This document shows positions 41,247 through 49,722 of a stretch of DNA of 64,000 bases, one piece after another. A program made the position numbers and the translations under genes. Source of the stretch: Bacteroidaceae bacterium (GTDB lineage Bacteria > Bacteroidota > Bacteroidia > Bacteroidales > Bacteroidaceae); the NCBI GenBank assembly GCA_017560125.1, contig JAFYOS010000027.1:98472-162471 (forward strand). Direction: 5' to 3'. A model generated the notes under the pieces. It saw nothing but the letters and a program-made list of their open reading frames with translations, was not told where the DNA came from and did no database searches. The number at the start of each line of letters is the position of its first letter. Position 1 is the first letter of the stretch.

Positions 41247-41732
41247 ATGAAAGCTACTGTAGTTAATAAAATATCAAGCTACATTTTTATCGCACTGATG
41301 ATAGCTTCAGCAGCCGTTCTCGGTCTGTTCTTCTTCGTCGGTTACGATAACTACACTACATTGAACGGTAGTTCAGTGGCAGATCCCGAATATACGGATT
41401 TGTTGATGTATTGGATGTATGCTTTGGTAGTATTTGGTGTTGCAATCGTACTGCTCTTCGTAGTAGGACGTTTCTTTGCAGCCTTGAAATCTAACCCCCG
41501 CAGCGCAATCAAGGGTGTTGTTGGTATCTTGCTCATTGTCGCTCTCTTCTATGCGGCATATGCGCTTGCTTCTGATGAGCCCATCCGTACAGCTGCCGGT
41601 GTTATTGATGTGAAAGCAGACCTTATCCTCAGCGATATCGTAATCTATGTACAGTATGTACTTATCACAGTTTCTGTAATCAGTACAATTATTGGTGGTA
41701 CATTCAAGTATTTTAATAAAATTAAAGCGTAA
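41247..41732 (+). CDS. Hypothetical 4-TM membrane protein embedded in the ExbB/ExbD cluster
   Basis: 161 aa with four hydrophobic helices. No recognisable family. Short gaps to both neighbours. Confidence 0.6.
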   Translation: MKATVVNKISSYIFIALMIASAAVLGLFFFVGYDNYTTLNGSSVADPEYTDLLMYWMYALVVFGVAIVLLFVVGRFFAALKSNPRSAIKGVVGILLIVALFYAAYALASDEPIRTAAGVIDVKADLILSDIVIYVQYVLITVSVISTIIGGTFKYFNKIKA

Positions 41733-41738
41733 TTAGAA

Positions 41739-42332
41739 ATGGGAAAGAGTAAAAAAGTACCGGGATTGAATACCAGTTCAACTGCGGATATCTCATTCAT
41801 TTTGCTCATCTTCTTCCTGATTACAACATCAATGGACACTGACAGAGGTTTGGCGGTTCGTCTGCCCAACCCTCCCGAGGACAATCAGCAGGATCCTCCC
41901 AAGATTCGTGAGAGAAACTCAATGATTGTGAACGTGAACATGAACAACCAGATCATGGTCACTGTAGCAAAGAACTCAAAGGAAATTCAGATTTCTGAGC
42001 TCCGCGAGCTCGCAAAAGAGTTCATCTCGAACCCCGAGAATAATCCTGATATGCCCGAGTTGGTACCCGTTGAGCTTCCCGCACCTTTCGGCGTGCAGAG
42101 CATTACAAAGAACCACGTAATCTCATTGCAGACCGACCGTGCAACAAGCTACGATACGTACTTCCAGGTTGAAAATGAATTATACGGTGCATACAACGAC
42201 CTCCGCGACGAGTTGGCACGCAAGACCTTTGGTCGCCCCTACCGCGAGTGCAACGAGGACGAGCAGTTGGCATGCCGCCAGTACTACAAGTGTGTAATTT
42301 CCGAGGCTGAGCCCCGTAAATATAACCAATAA
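41739..42332 (+). CDS. ExbD/TolR-family biopolymer transport protein
   Basis: 197 aa. The N-terminal LNTSSTADISFILLIFFLITT single TM is typical of ExbD. Confidence 0.85.
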   Translation: MGKSKKVPGLNTSSTADISFILLIFFLITTSMDTDRGLAVRLPNPPEDNQQDPPKIRERNSMIVNVNMNNQIMVTVAKNSKEIQISELRELAKEFISNPENNPDMPELVPVELPAPFGVQSITKNHVISLQTDRATSYDTYFQVENELYGAYNDLRDELARKTFGRPYRECNEDEQLACRQYYKCVISEAEPRKYNQ

Positions 42333-42336
42333 GATT

Positions 42337-42798
42337 ATGAGTAAGTTTCAAAAGAAAGGAAAGGCAGAAATGCCGGAATTGAATACCTCTTCATTGCCCG
42401 ACTTGATTTTCTCTATCCTCTTCTTCTTCATGATGGTAACATCTATGCGTGAGGTTGAGTTGAAGGTGGAGTTCAAGGTTCCTTCGGGTACTGAATTGGA
42501 GAAACTGGAGCGTAAGTCTTTGGTGTCATATATTTACATCGGTAAGCCTACAAAGGATTTCCGTGCTAAATTGGGTACTCAGAGCCGTATTCAGTTGAAC
42601 GATAAGTTTGCCGATCCCTCTCACATCCGCGAGTTCGTAATGGCCGAGCGTGAGAGCATGTCAGAGCGCGACAAGCCCTTTATGAAGATGTCTTTGAAGG
42701 TTGATAAGGATACACAGATGGGTATCGTTACCGACGTGAAGATGGAGTTGCGTGAGGCAATGGCACTTTCAGTTGTTTATTCTGCGACACAGCGTTAA
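42337..42798 (+). CDS. ExbD/TolR-family biopolymer transport protein (second paralog)
   Basis: 153 aa. The N-terminal ELNTSSLPDLIFSILFFFMMVT single TM is present. Confidence 0.85.
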   Translation: MSKFQKKGKAEMPELNTSSLPDLIFSILFFFMMVTSMREVELKVEFKVPSGTELEKLERKSLVSYIYIGKPTKDFRAKLGTQSRIQLNDKFADPSHIREFVMAERESMSERDKPFMKMSLKVDKDTQMGIVTDVKMELREAMALSVVYSATQR

Positions 42799-42815
42799 TC
42801 GTAGTCGCATTGCAT

Positions 42816-42851
42816 AAAAATAGGCGAACCAAACGGTTCGCCTATTTTTTT
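42816..42851. terminator. Bidirectional intrinsic terminator
   Basis: A5, then the 10-bp stem taggcgaacc/ggttcgccta with a 4-nt loop, then T7. Lies between convergent exbD and folA. Confidence 0.8.
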
Positions 42852-42900
42852 ATCTGTTTGGTTGGTGTGCCAACCGCTTGGGTGGTAAGTGCGTGGTGGC

Positions 42901-43392
42901 TTATACTCTTTTGTATGTTACAAATGCGAAGTCGTGCGAGTGCTTCTCGTCTTTTAGGCGCTCCTCGCGTTCGGTCGCTTCCCATTCGCCGGCTGCAAGG
43001 CTCGGGAAGAATGCGTCGGCCTCCTTGGGGGTGTCCTTTACCTCGGTTAGGTACAGAGTGGTGGCGTAGGGCATGGCATATGTGTATAGCTTTTCGCCGC
43101 CAATTATGTATATCTGTTCCTCGGCCGAGCAACTGCCGATGGCCTCTTCGAACGAGGGGAATACTTCGGCTCCGGGGCAGTCGGCTCCCTTGCGCGAAAG
43201 TACTATATTGCGTCTGTTGGGCAGGGCGCCCTTGGGGAGCGAACGGAATGTGTTGCTGCCCATTATGATGGTGTGTCCCGTGGTCAATTGTTTGAAGCGC
43301 TTGAGGTCGTCGGGCAACCAATATATAAGCTTGTTGCCGTTGCCTATAGCCATGTTCTCGGCTACGGCTGCTATCATTGCGATGTTTTTCAT
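42901..43392 (-). CDS. folA: Dihydrofolate reductase
   Basis: 163 aa. IAAVAENMAIG...LPW-like, LKRFK..T.GH.IIMG and YIIGG blocks. Confidence 0.9.
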   Translation of the reverse strand: MKNIAMIAAVAENMAIGNGNKLIYWLPDDLKRFKQLTTGHTIIMGSNTFRSLPKGALPNRRNIVLSRKGADCPGAEVFPSFEEAIGSCSAEEQIYIIGGEKLYTYAMPYATTLYLTEVKDTPKEADAFFPSLAAGEWEATEREERLKDEKHSHDFAFVTYKRV

Positions 43393-43399
43393 AGGTGTA

Positions 43400-44194
43400 T
43401 TATACTGATACTTCAGCTTTTATGTGGGGGTGTGCTGTGTAATCCTCCAATGAGAAATCCTCGAATTTGAATCCGAAAATATCTTTTACATCGGGGTTGA
43501 TCTTCATTTTGGGCAGGGCGTAGGGCTCGCGTGTGAGCTGTAGCTTGGCCTGCTCTATGTGGTTCAGGTACAAGTGTGCGTCGCCCAATGTGTGTACAAA
43601 ATCACCGGGCTTCAATCCGGTTACCTGTGCCATCATCAGTAGCAACAGCGAGTATGATGCGATGTTGAATGGAACGCCCAGGAAGCAGTCGGCGCTGCGC
43701 TGATATAACTGAAGGCTCAGTCGGCCGTCGGCTACATAGAACTGGAACATGGCGTGGCACGGGGGAAGGTTCATGTTCTCGATGTCAGCCACGTTCCATG
43801 CGTTTACTATGATGCGTCGTGAGTCGGGGTTCTTTTTCAGCGTTTCCACCACCTCGCTTATCTGGTCGATGTGTCCACCCTTGTAGTCGGGCCATGAACG
43901 CCACTGATAGCCATAGACGTGGCCCAGGTCGCCGTTCTCGTCGGCCCATTCGTTCCAAATGCGCACGCCGTTCTCCTGCAGGTATTTTACGTTGGTGTCG
44001 CCGGCAAGGAACCATAGCAATTCATGTATGATGGATTTCAGGTGTAACTTCTTGGTCGTCAGGCAGGGAAATCCCTCTTCGAGGTTGAAGCGCATCTGGT
44101 GTCCGAATACGCTGATTGTTCCCGTTCCTGTTCTATCTTCTTTTTTTGTGCCTTCTTTCAATATGCGGTCGAGAAGGTCGAGATACTGTTTCAT
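43400..44194 (-). CDS. thyA: Thymidylate synthase
   Basis: 264 aa. MKQYLDLL...G..K.DRTGTGT.S.FG and the LPPCH active-site Cys block. Confidence 0.95.
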   Translation of the reverse strand: MKQYLDLLDRILKEGTKKEDRTGTGTISVFGHQMRFNLEEGFPCLTTKKLHLKSIIHELLWFLAGDTNVKYLQENGVRIWNEWADENGDLGHVYGYQWRSWPDYKGGHIDQISEVVETLKKNPDSRRIIVNAWNVADIENMNLPPCHAMFQFYVADGRLSLQLYQRSADCFLGVPFNIASYSLLLLMMAQVTGLKPGDFVHTLGDAHLYLNHIEQAKLQLTREPYALPKMKINPDVKDIFGFKFEDFSLEDYTAHPHIKAEVSV

Positions 44195-44218
44195 CGCTCT
44201 TTCGTTTTATAGTTTTTG

Positions 44219-44226
44219 CAAATATA
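44219..44226 (-). promoter_or_regulatory. Candidate -7 promoter box (TATATTTG on the minus strand) for thyA-folA
   Basis: Exact TAnnTTTG match 25 nt upstream of the thyA ATG. It shares the 10-mer caaatatagt with the tandem repeats beyond it. Confidence 0.5.
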
Positions 44227-44237
44227 GTAACAAACGA

Positions 44238-44486
44238 GCGAGAAAACGAAGGGTACTTCGTTTTTTCACAGCGAGTGCAGCATATATTCGAGGTTTACCT
44301 CAAATATAGTGATATATAAAGCGAGAAAACGAAGGGTACTTCGTTTTTTCACAGCGAGTGCAGCATATATTCGAGGTTTACCTCAAATATAGTGATATAT
44401 AAAGCGAGAAAACGAAGGGTACTTCGTTTTTTTACAGCGAGTGCAGCATATATTCGAGGTTTATTATAAATATAGTGGTACATTCG
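44238..44486. repeat. Three direct tandem copies of an 83-bp unit
   Basis: Copies at 44238-44320 and 44321-44403 are identical. Copy 44404-44486 has one C>T change in the T-run and a diverged 3' end. Each unit has the hairpin aaaacgaag-ggta-cttcgtttt plus a T-run and, on the minus strand, TATATTTG. Confidence 0.95.
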
Positions 44487-44617
44487 GCGCTCGCCAATTT
44501 GTTTCGGCACGCATCCTTTATGCAAAATATTACAGCCCGTTTGCATCGAACGGTAAATCTGCTTCACATGGCTATCTATAAATGGTTCAATGGCTTGGTT
44601 TTTACTGGCGGAAACCG

Positions 44618-44625
44618 TATCTTTG
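44618..44625 (+). promoter_or_regulatory. Candidate -7 promoter box (TATCTTTG)
   Basis: Exact TAnnTTTG match 92 nt upstream of the ATG at 44717. Confidence 0.4.
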
Positions 44626-44716
44626 CATTTGATTACGGAAATATGTCGTGTCGGTTGTGGCGGCTGTTTTTGCCTTTACCGGGTTGCGCTATTTCCTATG
44701 TAAAAACAACAAAACG

Positions 44717-46072
44717 ATGAATTTATCGTCAGAATTTATAGAACAGACAAGGTCGCTTTTCGGCGAGGAGCGTTACGCGCGTTTTCTCGACGATGTTGCG
44801 CGCGACCCGGTGGTGAGTGTGCGCCTTAATCCCGCAAAGCCCGGAGCCGAGTGGGGTGGCGATTGTGTACCTTGGGCTGCCCAGGGACGCTACATTGCCA
44901 GCCGTCCGTCGTTTACTGCCGACCCCCTGTTTCATGCCGGTTGCTACTACGTTCAAGAGGCGTCGTCGATGTTCCTCGAGCAGGTGATGCGTCGCTATGT
45001 CGATGCCCCCGTTCGTATGCTCGACCTGTGCGCCGCCCCCGGAGGAAAATCCACCCACGCCATTTCGCTGTTGCCCGAAGGTTCGCTGTTTGTGGCCAAT
45101 GAGCCTATGCCTCTTCGCGCCGCTGTGTTGGCCGAAAATATCATAAAATGGGGTTCGCCCTCGACGGTCGTTACACGTAACGAACCTGCCGATTTCGCTC
45201 CATTCAAGGACTTTTTCGATATAATCGTTGTCGATGCCCCCTGCTCGGGCGAGGGCATGTTCCGCAAGGACGAGCGTGCCGTTTCCATGTGGTCGCCCTC
45301 CAATGTGAAGACCTGCGTGTCGCGCCAACATACAATATTGTCCGATATATGGGGCTCACTGCGTCCCGGTGGTCTGTTGGTGTATAGCACATGCACTTTT
45401 AATCGTCACGAGGACGAAGATATGGTCGCGTGGATATGCGACGAGCTAGGTGCCGAGGCGTTGCCGGTGGATGTAGAGCCTCAGTGGGGTGTTACGGGCA
45501 ACCTGGTAGGCGGCAACGAACCAGTCTATCGCTTTATTCCCGGATATACCAAGGGCGAGGGCTTCTTCCTGGCCCTGTTGCGCAAGGATGGCGATGCGCC
45601 CGTGTCGCAGCCCCGTCCCCCACGCACCAAGGCGGCTCCTTTGCCCAAGGCATGCAAGGATATGAAGGGGTGGTTGACCTCGGACGACTATACACTTACG
45701 GTCGATGGCGAGAATATTGTGGCGCTGCCCACAAAGCACCAGATGGCCATTGCGGCGTTGCAGGCGCGACTAAAGGTGCTCCATTGCGGTGTGCCTATGG
45801 CTGCTGTCAAGAATAATAAATTGTTGCCCATGCACCCGTTGGCCATGAGCACGCTGCTCAACCGCGATGTGTTCCCCATGGTAGAGCTCTCGTGCGAACA
45901 GGCATTGGCCTACCTCCACCGCGAAGCTCTATCCATCCCCACGGCACCTATGGGCGTTATACTGTTCACCTACAAGAATGTGCCGCTTGGATTTGCCAAG
46001 AATGTGGGAAACAGGGTGAATAATCTCTATCCCGCCGAATGGCGCATACGAAAAGATCCGATGGAACTATAA
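44717..46072 (+). CDS. RsmB/RsmF-like rRNA cytosine-C5 methyltransferase (NOL1/NOP2/Sun family)
   Basis: SAM and catalytic motifs are present (LDLCAAPGGKS, DAPCSGEGMFRK, YSTCT). I prefer the start at MNLSSEFIEQ (44717). The ORF-track start is 44648. Confidence 0.85.
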   Translation: MNLSSEFIEQTRSLFGEERYARFLDDVARDPVVSVRLNPAKPGAEWGGDCVPWAAQGRYIASRPSFTADPLFHAGCYYVQEASSMFLEQVMRRYVDAPVRMLDLCAAPGGKSTHAISLLPEGSLFVANEPMPLRAAVLAENIIKWGSPSTVVTRNEPADFAPFKDFFDIIVVDAPCSGEGMFRKDERAVSMWSPSNVKTCVSRQHTILSDIWGSLRPGGLLVYSTCTFNRHEDEDMVAWICDELGAEALPVDVEPQWGVTGNLVGGNEPVYRFIPGYTKGEGFFLALLRKDGDAPVSQPRPPRTKAAPLPKACKDMKGWLTSDDYTLTVDGENIVALPTKHQMAIAALQARLKVLHCGVPMAAVKNNKLLPMHPLAMSTLLNRDVFPMVELSCEQALAYLHREALSIPTAPMGVILFTYKNVPLGFAKNVGNRVNNLYPAEWRIRKDPMEL

Positions 46073-46090
46073 ACAGAAAAATATTACAAT

Positions 46091-48043
46091 ATGAAAAAGA
46101 TACTATTCTCATTGCTGCTGTTGCTTTCGACCGTTGTCTATGCACAGTCCGAAAGCCCCATAAAAATAAATGCGTCGGTGGATACCGAAGGCGCCGAGCT
46201 CACGCTTAAATTCGTTGCCGAGATAGAGCCCGGCTGGCACCTCTATTCTACCGGCCTTGCCGACGGTGGCCCCACATCGGCTACGGTTACTTTCGAAACG
46301 CTCGAGGGTGCCGAGGTAGTTGGTGCGCTTACCCCCGGTGCCGGCGAAATAGAGATAGACGACCCCATCTTCGAGATGAAGGTAAAATATTTCGAAAACA
46401 GTGCCACCCTCACACAGAAACTGAAATTACTCGGTGGCGATTACCGTTTGCAGGGCTATTTGCGCTATGGTGCATGCAACGACGAGAACTGCTTGCCCCC
46501 GACTACATACGAATTCGATATAAAGGGTGCTTATGGCGGCGCGACTGCTACGAGCGACAAGACTGCGGAAACCGCGGCGGTTGCTGTCGCTGACGGCTTT
46601 TCGTCCAACCTCTTGTGGAAGCCTGTCGTAGAGGAACTGAACGCCTACCAGAGCGTTGGCGCCGAGAGCGCATCGCGCTCGTTGTGGCTCACATTCCTTT
46701 TGGGCTTCGGCGGTGGTTTGCTGGCGTTGCTCACTCCCTGCGTGTGGCCCATCATCCCCATGACCGTAAGCTTCTTCCTGAAGCGCTCGGGCAATCGTGG
46801 AAAGGCGTTGCGCGAGGCTGCTCTCTATGGTCTTTCGATTGTGGTGATATACCTAACGCTCGGCCTTGCCGTTACAGCAATCTTCGGTGCAAGCGCCTTG
46901 AATGCACTATCGACCAATGCTGTGTTCAATGTGTTCTTCTTCCTGTTGTTGCTGCTCTTTGGAGCGTCGTTCCTTGGTGGCTTCGAGCTCACACTGCCTT
47001 CGTCGTGGACAAATAAGGTAGATAGCAAGGCAAGCAACACCACCGGTCTGTTGAGCATATTCCTCATGGCCTTCACCCTGTCGCTCGTCTCTTTCTCGTG
47101 CACAGGCCCCATCATCGGATTCCTGTTGGTAGAGGTTTCTACAAGCGGTTCGCTCTTTGGCCCTGCCATCGGCATGTTGGGCTTTGCCCTTGCGCTTGCA
47201 TTGCCTTTCACCCTTTTCGCCCTCTTCCCCTCGATGCTTAAACAGGTGCCCCGTTCGGGTGGCTGGATGAATGTGGTGAAGGTAACCCTCGGCTTCATTG
47301 AGCTTGCTTTTGCACTTAAATTCCTGTCGGTTGCCGACCTAGCCTATGGCTGGGGCATACTCGACCGCGAGGTGTTCCTTGCTCTGTGGATTGTGCTCTT
47401 CACCATGCTGGGATTATACCTGTTGAATATAATAAAATTCCCGCACGACAACCCCGACGAGCGCACTACATCGGTGCCCCGATTCTTTGTGGCGCTCTTC
47501 TCGCTTGCCTTTGCGGTGTATATGATACCCGGTCTGTGGGGTGCGCCCTGCAAGGCAGTGAGTGCTTTTGCTCCTCCCATGTGGACACAGGATTTCAATT
47601 TGGCCGGTGGCGATGTTCATGCCCAGTTCAACGACTACGAAGAGGGTATGGCCTATGCGCGTCGTAACGGCAAGCCCGTACTGCTCGATTTCACAGGCTA
47701 TGGTTGCGTTAACTGTCGCAAGATGGAGTCGGCTGTGTGGACCGATGCCAAGGTGTCCGATATGTTGCACAATGATTATGTTTTGATAACCCTTTTTGTC
47801 GATGACAAAACAGCGCTGCCCGAAACGGTTACCGTTATGGAGCAGGGCGTTGAGCGCAAATTGCGCACCGTGGGCGATAAGTGGAGCTATTTGCAGCGAT
47901 GCAAATTCGGTGCCAATGCACAGCCCTTCTATGTGCCTGTTGACAACGATGGTATGCCGCTTGCCGGTTCATATTCGTATGACGAGAATGTAGAAGCGTA
48001 TGTAAAATTCCTAAAACAAGGTCTCCAAAATTACAAAAAATAA
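46091..48043 (+). CDS. DsbD-family protein-disulfide reductase (thiol:disulfide interchange protein)
   Basis: 650 aa. Signal peptide ends VYA|Q. Periplasmic N-domain, DsbD transmembrane core (LTPCVWP, SFSCTGP), and a C-terminal thioredoxin domain with YGCVNC. Confidence 0.85.
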   Translation: MKKILFSLLLLLSTVVYAQSESPIKINASVDTEGAELTLKFVAEIEPGWHLYSTGLADGGPTSATVTFETLEGAEVVGALTPGAGEIEIDDPIFEMKVKYFENSATLTQKLKLLGGDYRLQGYLRYGACNDENCLPPTTYEFDIKGAYGGATATSDKTAETAAVAVADGFSSNLLWKPVVEELNAYQSVGAESASRSLWLTFLLGFGGGLLALLTPCVWPIIPMTVSFFLKRSGNRGKALREAALYGLSIVVIYLTLGLAVTAIFGASALNALSTNAVFNVFFFLLLLLFGASFLGGFELTLPSSWTNKVDSKASNTTGLLSIFLMAFTLSLVSFSCTGPIIGFLLVEVSTSGSLFGPAIGMLGFALALALPFTLFALFPSMLKQVPRSGGWMNVVKVTLGFIELAFALKFLSVADLAYGWGILDREVFLALWIVLFTMLGLYLLNIIKFPHDNPDERTTSVPRFFVALFSLAFAVYMIPGLWGAPCKAVSAFAPPMWTQDFNLAGGDVHAQFNDYEEGMAYARRNGKPVLLDFTGYGCVNCRKMESAVWTDAKVSDMLHNDYVLITLFVDDKTALPETVTVMEQGVERKLRTVGDKWSYLQRCKFGANAQPFYVPVDNDGMPLAGSYSYDENVEAYVKFLKQGLQNYKK

Positions 48044-48127
48044 GTACAAATAGGATGTATGTGGCTGCAAACAGCGTCGTGTGACAACATAAATTGCGCC
48101 ATATTCGTACATTCGGATTATTTGTAT

Positions 48128-48135
48128 TAAATTTG
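48128..48135 (+). promoter_or_regulatory. Candidate -7 promoter box (TAAATTTG)
   Basis: Exact TAnnTTTG match 27 nt upstream of the ATG at 48162. Confidence 0.45.
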
Positions 48136-48161
48136 TACGTTTTGTTGCAATCTATGTAGCT

Positions 48162-49670
48162 ATGAATGAAACATCACTATTAAACAATATATTTAAGCTT
48201 AGAGCTAAGAAAATAGACCGTTTTGCAACCGAGGCCGAAGCCATTCAGCACCGAGTGCTGATGGATTTGGTGCAGAAAGCGGCCGACACAGAGTGGGGTA
48301 GCAAGCACAAGTATGCCGATATACGCGGCTACGAGGATTTTGCTTCCAATGTCGCAGTTCAGGATTACGAAAGCCTCAAGGGATACATCGAGCGTATGCG
48401 CCAGGGCGAGAGCGATGTCTTGTGGCGTGGCTCGTGCCGTTGGTATGCCAAGTCGTCGGGAACAACAAACGACAAGAGCAAGTTCATCCCCGTCACTTCG
48501 GATGGATTGAAAAATATACACTATGCCGGCGGTCGCGACGTTGTGTCGCTCTATCTGCGTCTGAACCCCAATAGCCGCATCTTCTCGGGACGAGCGCTCA
48601 TTCTTGGTGGCAGCCATGCTCCCAATTACAACCTGCCCAATTCGTTGGTAGGCGATCTTAGCGCCATCCTCATCGAGAATATCATGCCTTTGGCCAATAT
48701 GGTGCGCGTGCCGAGCAAGAAAATAGCGCTCCTCAGCGACTTCGAAGAGAAGATGGAGAGAATAGCACGCACCACATGTCACAGCAACGTGACAAATATC
48801 TCGGGTGTGCCCTCGTGGATGATGGCAGTGCTGAAGCATATGCTCGACATCACCGGCAAGAAATCGGTCGATGAATTGTGGCCCAATCTCGAGGTCTTCT
48901 TCCACGGTGGTGTAGCCTTCACCCCCTATCGCGAGCAGTATAAGCAGCTTATCCGTAAATCGGATATGCACTACCAGGAGACCTACAATGCAAGCGAGGG
49001 CTTCTTCGGCATACAGAACGATTTTGCCGACCCTGCCATGCTGTTGATGCTCGACTACGGTGTGTTCTACGAGTTCATCCCCTTCGAAGAGCTCGAATCG
49101 CCCAACCCCAAGGCAGTGCCCCTGTGGGATGTAGAGGTCGGACGCAACTACGCAATGCTCATAAGCACCAGCTGCGGTCTGTGGCGTTACATGCTGGGCG
49201 ACACAGTGCGTTTCACTAGCAAGAACCCCTATAAATTCGTAATCACCGGTCGAACCAAACACTTTATAAATGCGTTTGGTGAGGAGCTGATAGTCGATAA
49301 TGCCGTGCAGGGACTCGCCAAGGCGTGCGAGGCGACCGGCGCACAGGTGGCCGAATATACAGCAGCCCCCGTCTATATGGATAGCGATGCGCGATGCCGT
49401 CACCAGTGGCTCATCGAGTTCTCTAAGCGTCCCGATTCGCTTGAGCGTTTCGCCGAGGTGCTCGACAATTCGTTGCAGCAGATTAACTCCGACTACGAGG
49501 CCAAGCGCTACAAGGATATCACCTTGCAGGCACTCGAGGTGGTCGAGGCCCGCGACAATCTCTTCAACGATTGGCTCAAGGCCAAGGGTAAACTCGGCGG
49601 TCAGCACAAAGTACCCCGATTGAGCAATAGCCGTGAATACATAAACGAGATGCTCGCAATGAATAAATAG
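48162..49670 (+). CDS. GH3-family (auxin-responsive-promoter family) adenylate-forming enzyme homolog
   Basis: 502 aa. The SSGTTNDKSKFIP phosphate-binding motif and overall layout match plant GH3 acyl-acid amido synthetases. Function in bacteria is unknown. Confidence 0.8.
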   Translation: MNETSLLNNIFKLRAKKIDRFATEAEAIQHRVLMDLVQKAADTEWGSKHKYADIRGYEDFASNVAVQDYESLKGYIERMRQGESDVLWRGSCRWYAKSSGTTNDKSKFIPVTSDGLKNIHYAGGRDVVSLYLRLNPNSRIFSGRALILGGSHAPNYNLPNSLVGDLSAILIENIMPLANMVRVPSKKIALLSDFEEKMERIARTTCHSNVTNISGVPSWMMAVLKHMLDITGKKSVDELWPNLEVFFHGGVAFTPYREQYKQLIRKSDMHYQETYNASEGFFGIQNDFADPAMLLMLDYGVFYEFIPFEELESPNPKAVPLWDVEVGRNYAMLISTSCGLWRYMLGDTVRFTSKNPYKFVITGRTKHFINAFGEELIVDNAVQGLAKACEATGAQVAEYTAAPVYMDSDARCRHQWLIEFSKRPDSLERFAEVLDNSLQQINSDYEAKRYKDITLQALEVVEARDNLFNDWLKAKGKLGGQHKVPRLSNSREYINEMLAMNK

Positions 49671-49722
49671 TAATTGCAATGTAGAGCTTCTCTAATTTAC
49701 AATGTAACAACTATTTTACTGC

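Noticed and set aside
42810-43392. ORFs 42810-43268 (+) and 42842-43321 (-) overlapping folA.
   Set aside because: They are out-of-frame or antisense to a clear dihydrofolate reductase. They are Arg/Pro/Trp-rich with no motifs.
44238-44486. The 83-bp tandem repeats as a possible CRISPR array.
   Set aside because: The units abut directly with no unique spacers. The unit is far longer than a CRISPR repeat, there are only three copies, and there are no cas genes in the window.
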